In this document: piece after piece, positions 1 to 9,504 of the stretch | How positions within the stretch are numbered: position 1 is the first letter of the stretch | Layout: the number at the start of each line of letters is the position of its first letter | Assembly (NCBI GenBank): GCA_038087875.1 | Contig: CM075988.1 | Location: 3,038,001 to 3,102,000 of the forward strand | Length of the DNA: 64,000 bases | Direction of reading: 5' to 3' | Source: Malacoraja senta | Lineage: Eukaryota | The notes under the pieces: model-generated | Told to the model about the DNA's origin: nothing | Seen by the model: only the letters and a program-made list of their open reading frames with translations | Databases searched by the model: none | Position numbers and translations under genes: made by a program

Positions 1-1711
1 CTATGTGCTCTGGCAGCGCTTTCCATACTCACCATCTCTGAGTGAAAAAGTTGTCTTTCAGTTTCCTATTAAATGTTTCCCTCTCACAAACCTATGCCCT
101 CTAGTTCTTGATTCCATTACCCTGGATAATAGGCTTTCTGCAGTCACCTTATCTACAGGAACATTCCAAAGGCCAACAATTAACTCCCACTTCAATGGTC
201 TCACCACATAGCAATGCGGGACCATGTCCACCTGCTTGATCTTCCTGTGAGCTGATGGTCATAGGTGTTAGCTTTTCACACTGAGCCTTCAATCCTGATG
301 GAGGCTGGAACTTGACTGCCTACCCTCCATGGAATGTTTATTGAAGGGTTGGGTGCCAGTGCTGGAGTTTGACCACTTCACGACATGGGGTAAAATGTTG
401 GACACTTTAGACACAACGTCAAATATTTCTTAGAGTGGGAAGCATCCAGAAGTTCGAGCCCAGATGTGGAACCTGGAGAGTAAGGTCTGGAAACATATCA
501 AAGGCCACAGTGGAAGCTGCTGAAACAGGCCAGAGACAGCACCATGGCACCTTCATCCGCTGGTCAAATAGTACCAGAGATCTGTGACCTAGTCGTGGCC
601 TTTGAGAATTCTCCCACGCCAAAACTGAACCTGATGTATGACATGTTATTACATAAAACATAGAACACAGCAAAAGAACAGGCCCTTCAGCTGACAATTC
701 TGTGCCAACATGATGCCAAAACCCTATCTACCTGCATATTTCAATTTCCTGCATATCCATATGCCTACCCAAGGCGAGACCGACGTCAGGCACAGCCATA
801 GTGAAAAGTGACTCCATTGTCCGAGGTGCGGACAGAAGATTCTGTGGTGACAGGTGAGACTCGAGGATGGTGTGTTGCCTCCCTGGTGCCAGGGTCCAAG
901 ACATCCCAGACCGACTTCCTCACGAAAATCCTCCAGAGCGAAAGGGAGCAGCCGGAAATGGTTGTGCATGTAGGCAGAAATGTCGTAGGTAAGAAGAGGA
1001 AGGAGGTTCTGCAACGTGAATATAGAGAACTAGGCAGCAGGCTGAAAAGCAGGACTTCTAGGGTGGTTATCTCTGGGTTGTTTCCTGTACCTCATGCTAG
1101 TGAGGGTAGGAACCGGGAGATAGGTTGTGTGGCTGAGGAGTTGGTACAGGGGGCAGGGATTTAGATTTCTAGTTCACTTGGATCTCTTCTGGGGAAGGGG
1201 TGAACTGTACAAAAGGGACGGGTTGCACCTTAATTGGAAGGGGACCGACATTCTGGCAGGCAGGTTTCCTAGTGCTACACGGATGGGTTTAAACTAAAAA
1301 CTAGGGGGGTGGAGTTAACAACGTGGAAGCGTATGCGTGCAGCTAACTGGAAAGAGAGTGTAGGAAAGGTCACGTTTAAACGAACAGGGCAGGGGGATGG
1401 GAACCAATGCAAGGAGACAGAAGGCCTAAAAGGACAGAAGCAAAAGGTAGAAGAGAGATAAGAAAAACAAACCTGAAAGCTTTATGCCTTAATGCGAGGA
1501 GCATTCGTAATAAGGTGGATGAATTGAATGCGCAGTTAGTAGTTAAGGGATATGATATACTTGGAATTACGGAGACATGGCTCCAGGTGACCAAGGCTGG
1601 GAGCTAAACATGCAGAGGTATTCAATATTCAGGAAGGATAGACAGAAAGGAAGAGGAGGTGGGGTGGCATTGCTGGTTAATGAGGAGATTAATGCAATAG
1701 CAAGGAGAGAC

Positions 1712-1935
1712 TGAGTAGGAAAGAACAGCAGATGCTGGTTTAAATCAAAGGTAGACACAAAATGCTGGAGTAACTCAGCGGGTCAGGCAGCATCTCTGGA
1801 GAGAAGGAATGGGTGACGTTTTGAATCGAGACTCTTCCTCAGACTGATGTCAGGGGAGGGGGCGGGACAAAGAGAGAATGTAGTCGGAGACAGTAAGACT
1901 AGTGGGAGAACTGGGAAGGGGAGGGGATGGAGAAT
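1712..1935 (-). mobile_element. Penelope-derived terminal-repeat fragment inserted in the CR1
   Basis: Reverse complement of the repeat at 3700-3900. It interrupts the CR1 endonuclease region. Confidence 0.7.
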
Positions 1936-3519
1936 AATTATCTTGGATGCTGTAGAATCAGTATGGGTAGAACTGCGAAATAGCCAAGAGCAGAAAACGC
2001 TTGTTGGAGTTGTATACAGACCACCAAACCGCAGTAGGGAGGTTTGGGATAGCATCAAGCAGGTAATTAGGGATACGTGTAGCAAAGGTCCAGCGGTTAT
2101 CATGGGTGACTTTAATCTACCTATAGATTGGGCCAACCAAATTGGTAACAGTGCTTAGGAGGAGGATTTCCTGGAATGTATATGGGATGTGGGTTTTTAA
2201 ACCAATATGTAGAGGAACTGACTAGAGGGCAGGCCTAGACTGGGTATTGCGTAAAGGGAAAGAATTAGTTAGCGATCTTGTTGTGAAAGGCCCCTTGGGC
2301 AACAGTGACCATAATATGGTGGAATTCTGGATTAGAATGGAGAGTGACACGGTTAATTCAGAGACATGGGTCCTGAACTAGAATAAAGGAGACTTTGGAG
2401 GTACGAGACAGGAATTGGCTAGGATAGATTGGCAAATTATACTTAAAGGGTTGACAGTGGAGATGCAATGGCAACGATTTAAAGACCGCACGGATGAACT
2501 CCAGAAATTGTTCATCCCTGTCTAGCGAAAAAATAAAACTGGGAAGGCGGCTCAACCGTGGTTGACGAGGGAAGTCAAGGATAGTGTTAAATCCTAGGAA
2601 GGGGCATATAAATTGGCCAGAAGAAGCAGCAAACCAGAGGACTGGGAGAAATGTAGAACTCAACAGAGGAGGAAAAAGGGGTTAATTAAGAGGGGGGGGG
2701 GGGAAAGAGCATGAAAGAAAGCTTGCGGGGAATATAAAAACTGACTGTACAAGCTTCTTTAGGAATGTAAAAAGGAAAAAAAATAGTGAAGACGAATGTA
2801 GGTCCCTTACAGTCAGAGACAGGTGAATTTATAATGGGAAACAACGAAATGGCAGAACAGTTAAACGAGTACTTTGGTTCTGTCTTCACTAAGGAAGACA
2901 CAAACAATCTCCTGGAAATACTAGGGGACCGAGGATCTAGTGGGAGGGAGGAACGGAAAGGAATCCACATTAGTCAGGAAATGGTGTTAGGTAAACTGTT
3001 GGGGCTGAAGGCAGATAAAACCCCAGGGCCTGATGGTCTGCATCCCAGAATACCCAAGGAGGTGGACTGGAGGGTAGCCAATGTAACTCCACTTTTCAAG
3101 AAAGGAGGGAGAGAGTAAATGGGGAATTATAGACCAGTTAGCCTTACATCGGTTGTGGGGAAAATTTGGAAAGCAGTGATGGGATCAGTCAAAGTCAGCA
3201 TAGATTTATGAAGAGAAAATCATGCTTGACTAATCTTTTGGAAGTTTTTGAGGATGTAACAAGTAGAATGGATAAGGGAGAGCCAGGGGATGTGGTGTAT
3301 CTGGACTTTCAAAAAGCCTTTAACAAGGTCCCACACAAGAGATTAGTGTGCAAAATGAGAGTACATGATATTGGGGTTAGGGTATTGACATGGATAGAGA
3401 ACTGGTTGGCAGACAGGAAGCAAAGAGTAGGAGTTAACGGGTCCTTTTCAGAATGTGGCTGCCTCGCTAACATTTTGTCCGTCCTGTTTTTGTTATTTTA
3501 AGTACATGGTAAAGAGTAG

Positions 3520-3900
3520 GTTGTTGATCTCCCAGTGGCTCAGCACTTCAACTCCCCCTTCCATTCTGAATCCGACCTTTCTGTCCTGGGCCTCCTCCAT
3601 GGCCAGAGTTAGTCCCACCGTAAATTGGAGGAGCAGCACCTCATATTTCGCTTGGGTAATTTACACCTCAGCAGTATGAACATTGACTTCTCCAATTTCA
3701 GGTAGTCCTTGCTTTCTCCCTCTTTCCCCCCCCTTCCCAGCTCTCCCTCAGCCCACTGTCTCCGCCTCTTCCTTTCTTCTTCCCGACCCGCCACCCCACA
3801 TCAGTCTGAAGAAGGGTCTCGACCCGAAACGTCACCTATTCCTTTGCTCCATAGATGCTGCCTCACCCGCTGAGTTTCTCCAGCATTTTTGTCTACCTTT
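3520..3900 (+). mobile_element. Penelope-like element 3' fragment (GIY-YIG C-terminus plus pseudo-LTR)
   Basis: Encodes ...RKLEEQHLIFRLGNLHLSSMNIDFSNFR*, typical of the PLE endonuclease end. Followed by a pyrimidine tract and a hammerhead motif. Confidence 0.8.
3802..3836 (+). ncRNA. Minimal type I hammerhead ribozyme motif
   Basis: CTGAAGA core (3806-3812), stem II GGGT-ctcg-ACCC, GAAA, minimal palindromic helix III ACGT, GTC cleavage triplet. Stem I is very short. Activity not shown. Confidence 0.6.
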
Positions 3901-5897
3901 GAAACCTTGATTGACAGCCAGTGACAAGTGAGATGCCGCAAGTATCGGTGCTGTGACAACAGTTGTTTGCAATATATATTAACGATTTAGACGAGAGAAT
4001 TAAATGTAACATCTCTAAGTTTGCGGATGACACAAAGCTGAGTGGCAGTGTGAGCTGCAAGGAGGATGCTATGAGGCTGCAGAGTGACTTGGACAGGTTG
4101 GGTGAGTTGGCAGATGCATGGCAGATGCAGTATAATGTGGATAAATGTGAGGTTATTAGATGAATGGTCAGATTAGGAGAAGGGGAGGTGCAATGAGGCC
4201 TGGGTGTGCTTGTACATCAGTCACTGAAAGTAAGCATGCAGGTACAACAGGCAGTGAAGAAAGCTAATGGCATGTTGGCCGTCATTGCGAGAGGATTTGA
4301 GTTTAGGAGCAAGGAGGTCCTAGTGCAGTTGTACAGGGCCCCAATGATACTGCACCTGGAGTATTGTGTGCAATTTTGGTCTCCTAATTTGAGGAAGGAC
4401 TTTATTGCTATTGTGGGAATGCAGCGTAGGTTCATTAGGTTAATTCCTGGGTTTGGCGTGACTGACATGTGATGAAAGAATGGGTCGAATGGACATGTAT
4501 TTGCTGGAATTTAGAAGGATGAAAGGTGATGTTATAGAAACATATAACATTCTGAGAAGATTGGACAGGGTAGATGCAGGAAAAATGTTCCCGATGTTGG
4601 GGGAGTCCAGAACCAGGGTTCACAGTTTAAGAATAAGGGGTAGGCCATTTAAGACTGAGATGATGAAACCTTTTTAACCCAGAGAGTTGTGAATCTGTGG
4701 AATTCTCTGCCACAGAAGGCAGTGGAGGCCAATTCACGGGATGTTTTCAAGAGAGAGTTAGATTTAGCTCTTAGGGCTAACGGAATCAAGAGAATGGTGT
4801 TGCTGGCTCGAAGGGCCGAATGGCCTACTCCTGCACCTATTTTCTGTGTTTCTATGTTTCAAAAGCTCTTAAGAGCCACTATCGTATCTGCCTCAACCAT
4901 CAACCTATAACTGCCCTCACTAATTGCTCTGCAATAACTGCCCTCAAATAATTGCTCTGCACATCTCCTTTAAACTTTATCCCTCTCACGTTCAAGCTAT
5001 GTCTTTTAGTATTTGACTTTTCTGTCCTGGTGAAAAGGTTCTGACTGTCTACCATAATTGTCAGAAATGAATGGTTTAAAAACATGCAGCCCAGACTGAG
5101 GAAGGTCCTGACCTAAAATGCCGCCTTTCCGTGTTCTCCAGTTTTGCTGTCTGACACGCTGAGTTACTCCAGCACTTTGTAGATTCCAACATCTACAGTT
5201 GCTTGTGTCTACACTCCTTGCTCGAGGATAGGATTGGAATCCTTGGTGCTGCCCATTGACTCCTGGTGAGGTGGATGCGGGGCAGGAGATCATAGCCCTG
5301 CTATACACTGATCTTCTCCTGTCCTTCTGTGGGATCACAGCCCATCAGTAACTCAGCTCCATTTGCTGCCTCACCTCCCTCACCTTCACACCAGCGCCTG
5401 TGCGCATTTATCAAGTCAGGATTTGTAGCTTAATTGGCCTAGAAAAAATTGCCTTCAGTGTGCAGGGAGTGGATGAGAATGTGGGATAACATAGAACTAG
5501 TGTGAGCGGCTGATCGATATTCAACCACGTGCCATCATCACTGTGTCCATTGTAAACCCCAAGTGTGAGCAGTTTAGCTGCTGGATTTTCTTGGTGACCA
5601 CAGTGGCAATCGTTCCAAAGTAGGCGTAAAACTCTTGGGGTCATTCCAAGCTGAGAAAGGTGCTGCAGAAGGAAATGTTCTGTCTTCACTCAACTGTTTA
5701 CCTGGATGTGTTCTACCTGAAGATTGCACATTGCAGACCTCACCCAAATGAGCTTGTTTACTCATGAGACCTTCCCACTGCACATCCAGACTCACATTCA
5801 TCCAGTTTGCATCCCCTGCTATTGCCTCACCCTGCACTCCACACACAGTGGAGCATAGGGAACTATGTGAACCAACCCATCGTTTCAGTCTTAGTAT

Positions 5898-6197
5898 TTT
5901 AGTTTTAGAGATACAGCACGGAAACAGGCCCTTCGGTCCACCAAGTCTGCGACGACCAGTGATCTCCGCACTCTAACACTAACCTATACACACTAGGGCC
6001 AATTTACATTTATACCAAGTCAATTAACCTACAAACCTATACGTCTCTTTGGAGTGTGGGAGGAAACCCAATATCTCAGAGAAAACCCACGCAGATCAAG
6101 GGGGAGAACGTACAAACTCCGGACAGACAGCACCTGTAGTCGGGATCGAACCCGGGTCTCCGACTGTAAGGCAGCAACTCTACTGCTGCTCCACCCA
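5898..6197 (-). mobile_element. tRNA-derived V-SINE (HE1-like)
   Basis: On the - strand: B box GGTTCGATCC, V-domain GGAGTTTGTACGTTCTCCCC...TTTCCTCCCACA, CR1-like 3' end with a (CTAAA)-type tail. Confidence 0.8.
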
Positions 6198-6847
6198 GCT
6201 ATTAAATCTACTCCTAGTTTTCAGGCAGCGAATACCAATTCATCACAATTGTGTAAAGGAATATTCTTCATGTTGTCCACCATTTGCAGCTAATTATTTT
6301 ATTCCTGTGTTCTCCAATTACTGACCTCATTCATTGGAAACAGTTTAGGCAACAACTCTATCACTGCACCACTGTGCCATCTGTTCTTCCCCATCTGATT
6401 AATTTCATCCCACCCTGACACTATTCTTTTCACTCCTTGTTCCGTTCTTTCCATTTACACCCATGATACCTCTGATCTCCTCCACCGACAGTTTCTGGTT
6501 TTCTCGTCCCACCTGGTCCATCTTCACCGTGAAGATAATCTGCCTTCACTTCCATCCCACACCAGGATGGCCGGAATACCTTGCCCTACTTCCATGAAGA
6601 GAGGGCAGAGCCGGCCCCATTCCCACCATCACTCCCCATGGCCTTGTAAAACATTATTTCAGTGACAAACCTCTCCTTTGTCCTCAAATGGAAGTCAGAT
6701 AAGAGAAAGTAACCAGGAATGGGAAGTAAGAAAGATAAAAAAGATAAATAAACGGTTAAAAACACAGCGAAGTAGCAATGTGGGTGAGAGTGCAGGAAAA
6801 TATTAAAGTGACAAGTTTTAAAGATGTTATATCTAAATTATCACATC

Positions 6848-7047
6848 NNNNNNNNNNNNNNNNNNNNNNNNNNNNNNNNNNNNNNNNNNNNNNNNNNNNN
6901 NNNNNNNNNNNNNNNNNNNNNNNNNNNNNNNNNNNNNNNNNNNNNNNNNNNNNNNNNNNNNNNNNNNNNNNNNNNNNNNNNNNNNNNNNNNNNNNNNNNN
7001 NNNNNNNNNNNNNNNNNNNNNNNNNNNNNNNNNNNNNNNNNNNNNNN
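6848..7047. other. Assembly gap (200 N)
   Basis: Exactly 200 N. Confidence 1.
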
Positions 7048-7213
7048 AATGTACGGTATATGTAGAAGTGAACAAGTCAGATCTCATTAAAGATAGACAC
7101 AAAAAGCTGGAGTAACTGGAAGCAGGACAGGCAGCATCTCTGGAGAGAAGGAATGGATGACGATTCAGGTCGAGCCTTCTTCAAGAGTCAGAGCAGAGGG
7201 AGACCCTAGGGCT

Positions 7214-7408
7214 GGCCGGCAGAGGGCGGTGTGGAGCTCCTCCGGCCGGCAGTGGGCGGTGTGGAGCTCCTCCGGCCGGCAGTGGGCGGTGTGGAGCTCC
7301 TCCGGCCGGCAGAGGGCGGTGTGGAGCTCCTCCGGCCGGCAGAGGGCGGTGTGGAGCTCCTCCGGCCGGCAGTGGGCGGTGTGGAGCTCCTCCGGCCGGC
7401 AGGGGGCG
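7214..7408. repeat. 30-bp GC-rich tandem repeat, 6 full copies plus a partial
   Basis: Unit GGCCGGCAG(A/T)GGGCGGTGTGGAGCTCCTCC starts at 7214, 7244, 7274, 7304, 7334, 7364; partial at 7394. Confidence 0.97.
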
Positions 7409-7470
7409 CGCTGTCTGCAGCGGCCGGCGCGGAGTGCGGAGCGGGGAAGGCGGGCGCCGGCAGGTGAGGG

Positions 7471-7668
7471 ATGGCTGAGTGCGTGAAGGACAACGCGGCG
7501 GAGCCCGAGCTCAAGAAGCACAAAACCAACGGCAGCGGGGATGGCGACGGCGACGGCGACGACGGAGCGGCGGAGGCGCCGCGGAGCCGGTTCAGCCTGG
7601 GCAGCTTCCGGCTGGAGAAGATCCTCCGCGGGAGCGCGCGGGACAAGACGGTGTTCGTGCACGGCAAG
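7471..7668 (+). CDS. DCPS: m7GpppX diphosphatase (scavenger decapping enzyme), coding exon 1
   Basis: ATG at 7471 gives 66 codons ending FSLGSFRLEKILRGSARDKTVFVHGK. This matches the vertebrate DcpS N-terminal domain as recalled (human ...[24 protein letters not shown]). Phase-0 donor AAG|GTGGGC at 7669. Lies in a CpG island. Confidence 0.93.
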
Positions 7669-7726
7669 GTGGGCGTGGGCGCGGGCACGGCGGGCGCGGC
7701 CTTGTGGGGGCGGGCGGTGGATAAGC

Positions 7727-9165
7727 GTGTGTGTCTGGGGGAGGGGAGGGGAGGGTGGGGGAGGGGTTGTGTCGGGGAGGGGGGAGTCTGGGGGAGGGGT
7801 TGTGTCGGGGAGGGGGTGTGTCTGGGGGAGGGGTTGTGTCGGGGAGGGGGTCTGTCTGGGGGAGGGGTTGTGTCGGGGAGGGGGTGTGTCTGGGGGAGGG
7901 GGGAGTCTGGGGGAGGGGTTGTGTTGGGGAGGGGGTGTGTCTGGGGGAGGGGTTGTGTCGGGGAGGGGGTGTGTCTGGGGAGGGGTTGTGTCGGGGAGGG
8001 GGGAGTCTGGGGGAGGGGTTGTGTCGGGGAGGGGAGGTGTCTGGGGGAGGGGTTGTGTCGGGGAGGGGGTGTGTCTGGGGGAGGGGTTGTGTCGGGGAGG
8101 GGGGAGTCTGGGGGAGGGGTTGTGTCGGGGAGGGGAGGTGTCTGGGGGAGGGGTTGTGTCGGGGAGGGGGGAGTCTGGGGGAGGGGTTGTGTCGGGGAGG
8201 GGAGGTGTCTGGGGGAGGGGTTGTGTCGGGGAGGGGGTGTGTCTGGGGGAGGGGGGTGTCGGGGAGGGGTGTGTCTGGGGGAGGGGTTGTGTCGGGGAGG
8301 GTGTGTGTCTGGGGGTGGGGTTGTGTCGGGGAGGGGGTGTGTCTGGGGGAGGGGGGGTCTGGGGGAGGGGTTGTGTCGGGGAGGGGGGTCTGGGGGAGGG
8401 GTTGTGTCAGGGAGGGTGTGTGTCTGGGGGAGGGGTTGTGTCGGGGAGGGGGGGTGGGGGGGTCTGGGGGAGGGGTTGTGTCGGGGAGGGGGAAGTCTGG
8501 GGGAGGGGTTGTGTTGGGGAGGGGGTGTGTCTGGGGGAGGGGTTGTGTCGGGGAGGGGGTGTGTCTGGGGAGGGGTTGTGTCGGGGAGGGGGGAGTCTGG
8601 GGGAGGGGTTGTGTCGGGGAGGGGGGTGTGTCTGGGGGAGGGGTTGTGTCGGGGAGGGTGTGTGTCTGGGGGAGGGGGTGTGTCGGGGAGGGGTGTGTCT
8701 GGGGGAGGGGTGTGTCTGGGGGAGGGGTTGTGTTGGGGAGGGGGTGTGTCTGGGGGAGGTGGGGTCTGGGGGAGGGGTTGTGTCGGGGAGGGGGGTCTGG
8801 CGGAGGGGTTGTGTCGGGGAGGGTGTGTGTCTGGGGGAGGGGTTGTGTCGGGGAGGGGGGGTGTCTGGGGGTGGGGGGGTCTGGGGGAGGGGTTGTGTCG
8901 GGGAGGGGGGTGTCTGGGGGAGGGGGTGTGTCTGGGGGAGGGGTTGTGTCGGGGAGGGTGTGTGTCTGGGGGAGTCTGGGGAGGGGTTGTGTCGGGGAGG
9001 GTGTGTGTCTGGGGAGGGGTTGTGTCGGGGAGGGGTGTGTCTGGGGGAGGGGGGAGTCTGCGGGAGGGGTTGTGTCGGGGAGGGGGTGTGTCTGGGGGAG
9101 GGGGTGTGTCTGGGGGAGGGGTTGTGTCGGGGAGGGTGTGTGTCTGGGGGAGGGGGTGTGTGTGG
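7727..9165 (+). repeat. G-rich minisatellite at the start of DCPS intron 1
   Basis: About 1.4 kb of variants of GTGTCTGGGGGAGGGGTTGTGTCGGGGAGGGG, with dense runs of 4-5 G. Confidence 0.97.
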
Positions 9166-9167
9166 AT

Positions 9168-9297
9168 AGTTTAGTTTAGATATACAGCGCGGGAACAGGC
9201 ACTTCGGCCCACCGAGTCTGCACCGACCAGCGATCCCTGCACATTAACATTATCCTACACACACAACAGGGACAATTTACACACACACCAAGCCAAT
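9168..9297 (-). mobile_element. V-SINE 3' fragment
   Basis: TAGTTTAGTTTAGATATACAGCGCGGGAACAGGC... is the same family as 5898-6197. A possible 5' part lies at about 12255-12310. Confidence 0.75.
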
Positions 9298-9504
9298 AAG
9301 CGAGTTCGGTATTCTGAAAAACGCAAGGAATCATGGGATTTGTCAAAGGTCATTCGCGATAAAGAAAAAGTGAATGGCTGGCTGGCTGTATAAACGCTGG
9401 CTGTATAAACTGTATAAATTCTTATCTTTATTCATAATTTATGTGTAAAAATATATTTAATCTGAGGAACGGGGGTGCCAGGTAGCGGGCAAGCGGGGTG
9501 TAAA

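Larger units (their letters stand above)
800..4860 (+). mobile_element. Decayed near-full-length CR1-type LINE (ORF1 esterase plus ORF2 EN/RT), interrupted by Penelope fragments
   Basis: ORF1 remnants DSIVRG..VCCLPGARVQD, VVHVGRN and DGLHLNWKG (SGNH esterase-like). ORF2 remnants LNARSIRNK, ITETW, MGDFN, YLDFQKAF, KFADDTKL, HLEYCVQFWSP. Tail TTTCTATGTTTC. Many stops and frameshifts. Confidence 0.9.
7200..7730. promoter_or_regulatory. CpG island / probable DCPS promoter and 5' region
   Basis: Very GC- and CpG-rich segment around the ATG, with repeated GGGCGG GC boxes. Confidence 0.7.

Noticed and set aside
5200..6780. Possible exons of an upstream neighbouring gene in the non-repetitive segments
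   Set aside because: No recognisable protein motif or convincing splice-bounded ORF. Cannot be excluded without a homology search.
6778..7102. ORFs with poly-X
   Set aside because: Artefacts of the N gap.
7214..7408. Possible CRISPR-like array of 30-bp repeats
   Set aside because: The units are contiguous with no unique spacers, there are no cas genes, and the context is eukaryotic.
7471..9179. ORFs of 567, 542 and 482 aa rich in Gly/Val/Cys
   Set aside because: Only the first 66 codons are DcpS. The rest is a stop-free G-rich minisatellite beyond the splice donor, open in all three frames.
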